Assembly (NCBI GenBank): GCA_011364925.1
Contig: RDOA01000006.1
Coordinates: 32,484 to 96,483 of the forward strand
Reading direction: 5' to 3'
From: Promethearchaeota archaeon
GTDB taxonomy: Archaea > Asgardarchaeota > Lokiarchaeia > Sigyniarchaeales > SOKP01
Length of the DNA: 64,000 bases
The notes beneath the pieces are model-generated. The model was not told the DNA's origin and made no database searches. It worked only from the letters and a program-made list of their open reading frames with translations. Of this stretch, positions 43,877 to 52,850 are shown in pieces; the stretch's first letter is position 1; every line of letters begins with the position of its first letter. Both the position numbers and the translations under genes were made by a program.

Positions 43877-45025
43877 ATGATACATCCACATGGTGGTACA
43901 TTAATTAATAAGAACTTGCCTGAGATTGAGAAACAAAAAATTTTAGGTGAAAAAGACGAATTTGTGAAAATTCCTATAGATTCTGAAACCAAGAAAGTGA
44001 TAAAGAGTATTGCGTTTGGAATATTTAGCCCGTTAGAAGGATTTATGAATGAAAATGATACTCTGAATGTTCTTGACCATATGTATCTAGAAAGTAACAT
44101 CGCATGGCCTTTTCCCATTGTTTTAGATATTTCAAAGGAGGAGTCCCAAAGGATAAATATCGATGACCATGTAATTTTAACAAGCATTTCAGATGGACCA
44201 ATAGCTTTACTCAAAGTAGAAGATATTTACGATTATAATAAAAAGATCTTTGCTGAGAAAGTTTATGGAACAAATGATATTAACCATCCCGGAGTTGCAA
44301 AGCTATTTAGCCAAAAAGAGAAACTAATTGGTGGTGAGATATTTCTTATCAACGAATTTCCTGCGCAATTTCCAGAATTGGACTTAAAACCTATAGAAAC
44401 GAGAGTTCTTTTTAAAACAAGAGGTTGGGATAAAGTTGTTGCCTTTCAAACAAGAAATCCACCGCATTTAGGTCATGAATACATTCAAAAGGCAGGATTA
44501 ACTTTCGTTGACGGTCTTTTTATAAATCCTGTGATAGGAAAAAAGAAAACGGGAGATTTTCGTGATGAGGTAATAATTAATGCTTACAAAGCCTTAATTG
44601 AAAATTATTACCCTCAAAATCGAGTAGTATTAAGCACATTTGAAACAGAAATGAGATACGCTGGACCAAAAGAGGCAATTTTTCATGCAATCGCTCGTAA
44701 AAATTTTGGATGTGATCACATAATAATTGGACGAGATCATGCTGGTGTTGGCAATTACTACGGTCCCTACGATGCTCATAAAATTTTCGAGAATTTCCCA
44801 GATTTAGGAATCGAACCTTTATTTTTTAGATCGTTTTCATATTGTTCTAAATGTAACTCAATAGTAAACGATAAAATTTGCCCCCATTCTGCAGATCTTC
44901 ATAAATTTTTCAGTGGATCTCAAATTAGAGATACTTTATTATCTGGTAAACAACCACAATCAGATGTTATGAGACCTGAAATAGCAAATATTATTCTAAA
45001 TTATAAAAATCCATTTTGTGAGTAA
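43877..45025 (+). CDS. sat: sulfate adenylyltransferase (ATP sulfurylase)
   Basis: 382 aa with the motifs FQTRNPPHLGHEY and GRDHAGVG. Confidence 0.95.
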   Translation: MIHPHGGTLINKNLPEIEKQKILGEKDEFVKIPIDSETKKVIKSIAFGIFSPLEGFMNENDTLNVLDHMYLESNIAWPFPIVLDISKEESQRINIDDHVILTSISDGPIALLKVEDIYDYNKKIFAEKVYGTNDINHPGVAKLFSQKEKLIGGEIFLINEFPAQFPELDLKPIETRVLFKTRGWDKVVAFQTRNPPHLGHEYIQKAGLTFVDGLFINPVIGKKKTGDFRDEVIINAYKALIENYYPQNRVVLSTFETEMRYAGPKEAIFHAIARKNFGCDHIIIGRDHAGVGNYYGPYDAHKIFENFPDLGIEPLFFRSFSYCSKCNSIVNDKICPHSADLHKFFSGSQIRDTLLSGKQPQSDVMRPEIANIILNYKNPFCE

Positions 45026-45034
45026 AGTATTACC

Positions 45035-46420
45035 TTGACACAGAAGAAGAGAGTCTTAGTAATTGGATTGGATTGTGCTACACCTAAGACCTTATTTGAA
45101 GATTTCATAGAACATTGTCCTAATATTAGAAATCTCATGGATAATGGTGTTTATGGAAAATTACGGAGTTCAGATCCACCCATCACTGTTCCTGCTTGGA
45201 TGATAATGTCAACGGGTCGCAATGCAGGAGAACTTGGACTCTATGGATTTCGGCACAGGAAGGGTAATTCTTATTCAGATTTTTGGGTCGCTAATTCTCA
45301 AAGCGTAAAAGAACTTAAGATATGGGATATTATTGCCAAGAAGGGTTTAAAATCTATAATTGTCGGTGTCCCTCCTACTTTTCCAGCTCAGCCGATCAAT
45401 GGAAATCTTATTACAGGTTTTATTACACCTGACACCCTTTCACAATTTACATTCCCTCCTGAGTTAAAAGAAGAAATACTTCATGTCGTTAAAGACTACG
45501 AGTTTGATGTAAAGTTTAGAACAGATAACAAGGAACAACTTCTGATTGATCTATATAAACTTACAAGGAAACATTTTGAAGTAGTGAAATATTTAATAAT
45601 GAATAAGGAATGGGATTATTGTCAATTTGTCATCATCGGTTTAGATCGATTTCACCACGCATTTTGGAAATATTACGATAAGAGTCATCACAAATACGAA
45701 CCAGGGAACATCTTTGAAAGTGCTATGAAAAAGTTCTATAATTTCCTCGACAATCAAATTGGGGACCTGCTTAAACTCTTGAACAAAAATGATGTAGTTA
45801 TTATTGCCTCAGATCACGGCGCAAAAGCGATGAAAGGTTGTTTATGCGTAAATATGGCTTTAGAACAACTTGGATTGCTGAAATTCAAAGAAAAACCTAC
45901 TGCTAAAACAAGATTAGAAGACGCAGAGATTGACTGGAAGAATACTTATGCTTGGGGTTGGGGCGGTTATTATGCAAGAGTATTTTTAAATGTAAAAGGT
46001 AGGGAGTCAACGGGAATAATTGAACCAGAAGAATATGAAAAATGGAGAGAGAAATTAATAGCTTTATTGAAACAAATCACTGATGATAAAGGAGAACCAA
46101 TGGATACTAAGATTTATAAACCAGAAGATTTATATCAAATTGTGCGTGGAGATGCTCCAGATCTTATGGTATACTTCGATGATTTAAATTGGAGGTCTGC
46201 TGGGACTGTTGGATATGAATCAATGTATCTCGATGAAAATGATACTGGTCCAGATGATGCTGTACACGATTATTATGGAATATTTGTAATTTCTTCTTTA
46301 AATCGAAAAATTGGCAAAGATTTAGAAGTGAAAAGTATTTTAGACATAACTCCTACAATATTAAATATCTTGGGGATAGAAATTCCGGAAGATCTAAAAG
46401 GAACGATTATAGAATTTTAA
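45035..46420 (+). CDS. type I phosphodiesterase/nucleotide pyrophosphatase-like (alkaline phosphatase superfamily) protein, paralog 2
   Basis: 461 aa with a TTG start 9 nt after the sat stop. It has VLVIGLDCATPK (metal Asp), PITVPAWMIMSTG (Thr nucleophile region) and IIASDHGAKAM. Confidence 0.75.
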   Translation: MTQKKRVLVIGLDCATPKTLFEDFIEHCPNIRNLMDNGVYGKLRSSDPPITVPAWMIMSTGRNAGELGLYGFRHRKGNSYSDFWVANSQSVKELKIWDIIAKKGLKSIIVGVPPTFPAQPINGNLITGFITPDTLSQFTFPPELKEEILHVVKDYEFDVKFRTDNKEQLLIDLYKLTRKHFEVVKYLIMNKEWDYCQFVIIGLDRFHHAFWKYYDKSHHKYEPGNIFESAMKKFYNFLDNQIGDLLKLLNKNDVVIIASDHGAKAMKGCLCVNMALEQLGLLKFKEKPTAKTRLEDAEIDWKNTYAWGWGGYYARVFLNVKGRESTGIIEPEEYEKWREKLIALLKQITDDKGEPMDTKIYKPEDLYQIVRGDAPDLMVYFDDLNWRSAGTVGYESMYLDENDTGPDDAVHDYYGIFVISSLNRKIGKDLEVKSILDITPTILNILGIEIPEDLKGTIIEF

Positions 46421-46446
46421 GAAAAAAAATGTAAATAAGGATAAAT

Positions 46447-46980
46447 ATGGAGCATAAAGGATTCACATTATGGTTTACAGGGCTTGCCTGTTCGGGAAAA
46501 TCTGTTTTAGCTAATGTCGTAGCCGAAGATCTTAAAAAACGAGGGATGAAAGTTGAACGTCTTGATGGAGATATTGTAAGAAAAGGTTTAACGCGAGATT
46601 TAGGATTCTCAGACGAGGATAGAAGAATGAATATTGAAAGAGTTACATTTGTGGCAAAATTGTTGACTAGAAACGGAGTAGCAGTTTTAGCTTCTTTTAT
46701 ATCTCCTTTTAACGATATTAGGGCTTACTCTCGTAAAGAGATTGGAACTTATATTTTAGTGTATGTAAAATGTCCCATCGAAGTATGTGAACAAAGAGAT
46801 ATAAAGGGGATGTACGCAAAAGCCAGAGCTGGCGAAATCAAGCAGTTTACAGGTATTGATTCACCGTTTGAGGAACCAAATAAGGCTGATATTGTTGTAG
46901 AAACTGATAAGCAAACGATTGAAGAGAGCAAGAAAGTAATTTTAGATGCCTTGAGTGAGATGGGATATTTACCAGATTAA
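46447..46980 (+). CDS. cysC: adenylylsulfate (APS) kinase
   Basis: 177 aa with the P-loop FTGLACSGKS, LDGDIVR, and FISPF. Confidence 0.95.
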   Translation: MEHKGFTLWFTGLACSGKSVLANVVAEDLKKRGMKVERLDGDIVRKGLTRDLGFSDEDRRMNIERVTFVAKLLTRNGVAVLASFISPFNDIRAYSRKEIGTYILVYVKCPIEVCEQRDIKGMYAKARAGEIKQFTGIDSPFEEPNKADIVVETDKQTIEESKKVILDALSEMGYLPD

Positions 46981-47012
46981 AATTAAAAACGAATTAAAGA
47001 ATTCTTAAGAAA

Positions 47013-47024
47013 TTTTTCTTTTTT
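47013..47024 (+). terminator. T5-C-T6 tract after cysC (candidate operon terminator)
   Basis: The sequence aatttttcttttttc begins 33 nt after the cysC stop, within the 151-nt gap before the next gene. Confidence 0.35.
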
Positions 47025-47131
47025 CTATATTAATGCGATTCATCGAATTTAAACATAAAATTTTTTCAAGTATGTTAAATTTATATTTTTATTGAGTTTA
47101 ACATTAATATTTTAAATCTAAAGTTTTTAAG

Positions 47132-48493
47132 ATGCCTACCAATATTGTTGTAATTGGAATGGGATACGTAGGTATTCCGATGGCTGTTCTTTTAGCTGAT
47201 GTAGATGATTTTTATGTCACCGGTATTCAGCGAAGATCACAAAGGTCAGGTTGGAAGATTGATTGGCTCAATCAAGGTAAAAATCCTTACGAAGGAGAAG
47301 AACCAGGATTGGATGAATTAATCGAGAGAGTAGTAAAAAGTGGAAAATTCAAAGTTACTGATAAATACGATGATGTTCGTGATGCGGATTACATTTTAAT
47401 CGATGTTCAAACACCAGTTGATGATGAAAAAATCCCTAGATATGCCTCTTTGCTTGATGTTTCTCAAAAAATTGCCAAACATATGAAAAAAGGTGTCACT
47501 ATAATACTAGAGTCTACTGTAGCACCAGGAACAACAGACAATGTTGTACAATCTATATTAGAAGAAAATCGTGGATTTAAGAGAGGTCTCGACTTTTTTT
47601 TGGTGTTTTCGTTCGAGAGAGTAATGCCCGGTAAACTAATTGAATATATCACAGATTTTCCTCGAGTAATAGGAGGAGGCTGTCAAGAAGCTAATGATAA
47701 AGCTAAATTCTTATATGGAAAGGTTGTTAAAAAAGAATTACAAGTAACAGACACATTAACTGCTGAATTGACGAAATGCATAGAAAATGCTTATAGAGAC
47801 GTTAATATTGCATTTGCGAACGAAATGGCCTTATTATGCGAGGATTTCAATAGGAATGTATTCGAAATTATTAATTTGATAAATTATCGCCATGACAGAA
47901 TGATGCATTTTCCCGGTTCGGGTGTAGGAGGTCATTGTCTAACAAAAGATCCTTGGCTTTTACTCTATGGGTTTAATAAATACACTGAGAGATTGAACGA
48001 AGCAAAAATTAAAATTATTCCTGATGCGAGAAAGATTAATGATTTCATGCCTTATCATATGATTGAATTAATGGAAAATGTATTTAGAGACTCTCATAGA
48101 TTAGTAGATAACATAAAGGTGGCACTTCTAGGCGTCTCCTATAAAGCAAATACAGATGATACACGAAATACTCCAACTGAAAATATCGTAAAAGTCCTTA
48201 GAAGTAGATATCATTCCCATAATATTGAATATATCGCTCACGATCCTTTTGTACACGAAAGAGATTACAAACTTACTAAACTTACAAATGACTTCAATGA
48301 AGCGATTACTAACGCAGATGTTTTGATGTTTACAACAAATCATTCTGAATATTATGATATTGATCTTGACGATTTAAAGAAGAAAGTGAGAACGCCAATA
48401 ATTATTGATGGAAGAAACATTTTTGAAAAGAAATTGGTTGAAGGAAAGGGCTTTACTTATCGCAAAGTTGGAGAAGGTTCAAAAAATCACTAG
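47132..48493 (+). CDS. nucleotide-sugar 6-dehydrogenase (UDP-ManNAc/UDP-GlcNAc dehydrogenase WecC/WbpA-like)
   Basis: 453 aa with IVVIGMGYVGIPMAVLLA (NAD) and the catalytic Cys motif GGHCLTKDP. Confidence 0.9.
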   Translation: MPTNIVVIGMGYVGIPMAVLLADVDDFYVTGIQRRSQRSGWKIDWLNQGKNPYEGEEPGLDELIERVVKSGKFKVTDKYDDVRDADYILIDVQTPVDDEKIPRYASLLDVSQKIAKHMKKGVTIILESTVAPGTTDNVVQSILEENRGFKRGLDFFLVFSFERVMPGKLIEYITDFPRVIGGGCQEANDKAKFLYGKVVKKELQVTDTLTAELTKCIENAYRDVNIAFANEMALLCEDFNRNVFEIINLINYRHDRMMHFPGSGVGGHCLTKDPWLLLYGFNKYTERLNEAKIKIIPDARKINDFMPYHMIELMENVFRDSHRLVDNIKVALLGVSYKANTDDTRNTPTENIVKVLRSRYHSHNIEYIAHDPFVHERDYKLTKLTNDFNEAITNADVLMFTTNHSEYYDIDLDDLKKKVRTPIIIDGRNIFEKKLVEGKGFTYRKVGEGSKNH

Positions 48494-48518
48494 GAGCCTT
48501 AGGTGAAAAAATTAAATT

Positions 48519-49550
48519 ATGGAAAATATTTTAATCACTGGTTCTAATGGATTTCTCGGTTCTCATTTAATTGATTATTTAATTGACAAGAAATTTATTA
48601 TTTGCGGTTTAGATCGCCCATCTGCATCTTTTAGAAATCTTGAGCATTATATGGTTGCAAACATAAAAAAGGAGAAATTTCTCGGTAAAAAAATTAAAAT
48701 CAAGAGTAATAAAGAAAATTTATTCTTTTTGGAATGCGATGTTACTAATGCACTGCTGATAGATGAGATCATTTTCGAATTGACACCTAAATATATATTT
48801 CATCTTGGTGCTCAGCCCTATATCCTTCCATCATGGGAAAATCCAGCAAAAACAATTGAAATTAATGTGATAGGTACAATTAACATCTTTGAATCAATTA
48901 AAAGACATAAGATCCCTTCGAGAGTTATATTAGCATGCAGTGCTGCAGAGTTTGGGACGACTACTAGGGTCGGGCGCCCATTAAAAGAAGATGACGCTTT
49001 ATTAGCACTCCATCCTTATGGGATAAGCAAGATTGCGGCTGAACTACTTTCACGACAATATTATATTAATTTTGGGGTCGAATCAATTAATTTACGGTTT
49101 TTCAATTTAACGGGAACAAGGCGAACTAACGATGCTCCTTCTGACTTTATAAGAAAGATCGCTCAAATAGAATTAGGTTTAAAAACACCACCTTTAGAAG
49201 TAGGAAATTTACTTCCGTATCGAGATCTGTTAGATATCGGAGATGCCATAAATGCAGTTTGGTTAGCTGCTACAAAGGGAACACCAGGAGAGACCTATCA
49301 TATATGTTCAGGTGAAAAAATTCAAATTAAGGAACTGTTAGATATTTCGCTTAGTTTTTCCGAGAAGAACATTGAGGTTCTTGAAAACGCTCCTCATATA
49401 GTAAGAAAATCTGATGAGGATATCGTTATAGGTGATAACTCTAAAATTAAATCCGAATTAGGGTGGAAACCAAAGATTCCTATAAATCAAACTCTTAAGG
49501 AGATGTTTGATTATTGGATAAAATTTTATCAGAAAAATCAAGATATGTAA
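48519..49550 (+). CDS. NAD-dependent sugar-nucleotide epimerase/dehydratase
   Basis: 343 aa with ILITGSNGFLGSHLIDYLI and YGISKIAAE (YxxxK). Confidence 0.85.
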   Translation: MENILITGSNGFLGSHLIDYLIDKKFIICGLDRPSASFRNLEHYMVANIKKEKFLGKKIKIKSNKENLFFLECDVTNALLIDEIIFELTPKYIFHLGAQPYILPSWENPAKTIEINVIGTINIFESIKRHKIPSRVILACSAAEFGTTTRVGRPLKEDDALLALHPYGISKIAAELLSRQYYINFGVESINLRFFNLTGTRRTNDAPSDFIRKIAQIELGLKTPPLEVGNLLPYRDLLDIGDAINAVWLAATKGTPGETYHICSGEKIQIKELLDISLSFSEKNIEVLENAPHIVRKSDEDIVIGDNSKIKSELGWKPKIPINQTLKEMFDYWIKFYQKNQDM

Positions 49551-49567
49551 AAAAGTTTTTAGATTAT

Positions 49568-52500
49568 TTAATCTTCTGCTCTGGTAAAACTAAATGTTAT
49601 CGTTTTTATATTTTCCTTACTTAAATTAGCATTACAGTGAGGGCATTTTACTTCTTTAGTTTTTTTCAGTTTAGCTAAAATATTCTCTTTTAAGGTCGCC
49701 AAACATTCTTGGTTGGGGCAAACATACAGTTTTCCATATACATAATCTTTTTCTTCATTCAATTCACTTATGACAATATCTAATTTCTTAGCAGTAACTT
49801 TCTCTGATATCGCATCCTTATTCTGGCTAAGAAAACCAGCTAAAGATTTATCTGTTGTACCTAAAGATAATGCTATTTCTTCTCCTACTTTATAATTGTT
49901 ATTTTTTCGAGAAAATTGAATGTGTCTGATTAGATCACTAGTTATTCTTTCTGCCAAAAGCTCTTGATCCAGTGTTATATCAAGATATATGTTTGCGTAT
50001 TTTGATTCTGCTTTTAATAAACTCCCTTCTTCCTCAAATGATTTAGCAATTTCAAGATCTTTTACATTTGCCATTTGTTTTATAATGTCTGGGAACAAAA
50101 TCTCAGGCATTCCTTCTTTTGGTTCAATTATAATTCTTTTGTTAGGCCAACGTAATCTTATTTTGTTTTCGTCTTTTATCGCTCTTACACTCTCTATTAA
50201 ATCTCTGGTAAAGTCCATTTGTTGTTCCAAATCTAAATCAATCTGATCTTCCTCATAAACAGGCCAATTCTGCAAATGGATACTCTGATGATACTCTAAA
50301 CCCAATAATTTTGCGTTTGATTGGAACATCTTCAAATATATCTCTTCTGTTAACATAGGATTCACTGGAGCTAAGATAAGTAAAAATTGGAATAATACCT
50401 TAAATAACACAGCCATAATCTGTTCTTTTTGAGGATCGTCTGAATAAATATCCAATTTTTCTCGATTCAACATTATATACCATCGACTTACATCATTTAC
50501 AATAAAATCTCTTAACTCTCCCGTGATCCAAGGTAATTCATACTTATCGGCAAGCTCAGTGACTTTCTTGATGATGGAATGGGTCCGAGATAGCATCCAT
50601 TTATCAAGCTTACTTATTCTATTGATATCGTATTTCGATTTTGAGGGATCAAACTCTGCCAATTGAAATTTCTCATTTGCATATACATAAACATTCCATA
50701 TGGTATTTAAAATTTTAAATGTATCTGCATATTCCTTTACGCTGAAATTAAAATCTCTTCCTGGTTGGGTTGCACCAATTGAATAAAATCTAAAGGTCTC
50801 CACTCCCTTGATTTGTGAATATGATTTCTTCTTTTGGAGCTCTTGTATAGTCCCATCAATTATATCCTCAGGATTAATTGAACCACCTTTGGATTTACTC
50901 ATTTTTTGTTTATCACGTAAAACCCATCCATGCATATAGCATGCATGATAATTTTTTCTGTTTGAAGAGAGCATCGCACTACTTAAGAGCGCGTTGAACC
51001 AACCCCGAATTTGGTCTTTTCCTTCTATGATAAAATCCGCGGGAATCCAAGATTCAAAGTTACTTTCTCCGTCGTAAGTTTCTTGTGAAGCCCATATCAC
51101 AGAACCAGAATCTAACCATACATCGGAAATATCGGGGATTCTTTTTTTTGTTCCTCTATTACATTTTTCACATTTCCAAGTAACTTTGTCAATCCATGGC
51201 CGATGCAAGTCATCTGGACATTGACCAGAGATTCTTTTTAATTCCATTGCAGATCCGATTACAGTCACATCTTTACATTCTTCATTGTCACAAATCCAAA
51301 TGCTTAAAGGTATTCCCCAGAATCGTTGTCGTGAGAGACACCAATCTTTTAAAGTGGTTAACCAACTTTTAAACCACCTACTTCCTGCCCAATCAGGTAT
51401 CCAATAGATTTCCTCATTCTTTTTAAGTAAATCATCTTTGAGATCCTCCGTTTTAAAAAACCATTGATTGCTTGCACGATATACTAATTTAGAATCACAG
51501 CGCCAACAATGGGCATACTCATGTTCTATTTCACTAGTTAGGATTAATGTGCCTTTTTTTTTTAGCAATTCTAGTATCTCATTATTTGCATCGAATACAA
51601 ATTGACCTTCGAATTTACCTGCTTCTTTAGTATAAATTCCTCTAATATTAACAGGATTGAAAACTGGTATGCCATTGGCAACTCCTACTTCAAAATCTTC
51701 GGGACCATGCCCGGGAGCGCTATGTACTAAGCCTACGCCTTCAGATACAGAAACATACTCCTCAGAAAGAATTATTGTATGTACCTTATTGCTTTCTTTT
51801 TCAAGTTCTTTTTGATATGGAACTTCTTCCGCGAGTGGATGAATATATTTCATGCCTTCAAGTTCCTCTCCAACAATATCTTCCACGATTTTGTATTTAT
51901 ATCCTAACTCTCCAGAGATTAAATGAGTAATTGCTGCTTTCGCTAAGATCCAATACTCATTTAAATCCTCTATTTTTACTTTGGCATACTCTGCAATCGG
52001 ATTAGCCATGATTGCTTCATTTGCTACTAAGGTCCACGGGGTAGTTGTCCAAATAATAAAATATGTGTCTTCCATGTCAGCAGATTTGAACTTTACAAAT
52101 AGACTGGTATCCACAATATTCTTATAATCATGCTCATGTTTCGCAAGTGCGGTAGCGCATCGAGGACAGCAGTTTAAAGGTCGATAAAATTGATAAAGTA
52201 ATCCTTTCTCCCAACTCTTTTTTAAAGTCCACCATATTCCTTCAATGTAACTATTGCGAAAAGTTATGTAGGGATTATCCCAATCCCAAAATGAACAGCC
52301 AAGCCGCTTAAATTGATTATTCATAATTTCGAGATTTTTAAGAGCAAATTCCTTACAGTCCTTGATAAATTTATCCACACCATAGTCGTAAATTTCTTGT
52401 TTATTGGCAATTCCTAATTCTTTTTCCATTTGAACTTCTATAGGTAATCCGTGTGTATCATACCCAGGAGTGTCGGTTACCCGAAATCCCCTCATTCTTT

Positions 52501-52720
52501 TGTATTTGATTAGAAAATCTTTTAAAATTTTATTCCACGCGGTCCCTAAATGAATTTCACCAGTTGTATAGGGAGGTCCATCGATAAACCTCCATACTTC
52601 TTTATCTTTTTCTTTTTCTCTGATCAAGGAGTAAATGTTTTCTTTCTCCCATAGATCTAAAATTTTCTCTTCTAACTTTCGTAAATCTAAGCGTTTATTT
52701 AATGTTTCCAAGTAGATCAT
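49568..52720 (-). CDS. ileS: isoleucyl-tRNA synthetase, archaeal/eukaryotic type
   Basis: 1050 aa with a HIGH region (PPYTTGEIHLGTAWNK), KMSKSKG, an editing-domain insert, and a C-terminal zinc ribbon (CPNQEC...CPHCN). Confidence 0.95.
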   Translation of the reverse strand: MIYLETLNKRLDLRKLEEKILDLWEKENIYSLIREKEKDKEVWRFIDGPPYTTGEIHLGTAWNKILKDFLIKYKRMRGFRVTDTPGYDTHGLPIEVQMEKELGIANKQEIYDYGVDKFIKDCKEFALKNLEIMNNQFKRLGCSFWDWDNPYITFRNSYIEGIWWTLKKSWEKGLLYQFYRPLNCCPRCATALAKHEHDYKNIVDTSLFVKFKSADMEDTYFIIWTTTPWTLVANEAIMANPIAEYAKVKIEDLNEYWILAKAAITHLISGELGYKYKIVEDIVGEELEGMKYIHPLAEEVPYQKELEKESNKVHTIILSEEYVSVSEGVGLVHSAPGHGPEDFEVGVANGIPVFNPVNIRGIYTKEAGKFEGQFVFDANNEILELLKKKGTLILTSEIEHEYAHCWRCDSKLVYRASNQWFFKTEDLKDDLLKKNEEIYWIPDWAGSRWFKSWLTTLKDWCLSRQRFWGIPLSIWICDNEECKDVTVIGSAMELKRISGQCPDDLHRPWIDKVTWKCEKCNRGTKKRIPDISDVWLDSGSVIWASQETYDGESNFESWIPADFIIEGKDQIRGWFNALLSSAMLSSNRKNYHACYMHGWVLRDKQKMSKSKGGSINPEDIIDGTIQELQKKKSYSQIKGVETFRFYSIGATQPGRDFNFSVKEYADTFKILNTIWNVYVYANEKFQLAEFDPSKSKYDINRISKLDKWMLSRTHSIIKKVTELADKYELPWITGELRDFIVNDVSRWYIMLNREKLDIYSDDPQKEQIMAVLFKVLFQFLLILAPVNPMLTEEIYLKMFQSNAKLLGLEYHQSIHLQNWPVYEEDQIDLDLEQQMDFTRDLIESVRAIKDENKIRLRWPNKRIIIEPKEGMPEILFPDIIKQMANVKDLEIAKSFEEEGSLLKAESKYANIYLDITLDQELLAERITSDLIRHIQFSRKNNNYKVGEEIALSLGTTDKSLAGFLSQNKDAISEKVTAKKLDIVISELNEEKDYVYGKLYVCPNQECLATLKENILAKLKKTKEVKCPHCNANLSKENIKTITFSFTRAED

Positions 52721-52850
52721 CTTGTAAAAAATGTGATTGTTAATGATAAGTTAAAAAGCTAAAAAAATTTTTCCAATTCTTACAAAGAGAGAGATCTTTA
52801 AGTCTGAAAAATGATATATTTTTTGATGAAATTGATGAATTCCCATAATA

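Noticed and set aside
43807-44214. A 135-aa minus-strand ORF overlapping the start of sat
   Set aside because: It is antisense to a CDS with unambiguous ATP-sulfurylase motifs, and its own sequence is low-complexity and unrecognisable.
52721-52850. A small ORF upstream of ileS (MGIHQFHQKIYHFSDLKISLFVRIGKIFLAF) considered as an Ile leader peptide by analogy with the Phe leader
   Set aside because: The five Ile residues are dispersed rather than clustered. At about 16%, they are not clearly above background for an AT-rich genome. I saw no adjacent hairpin.
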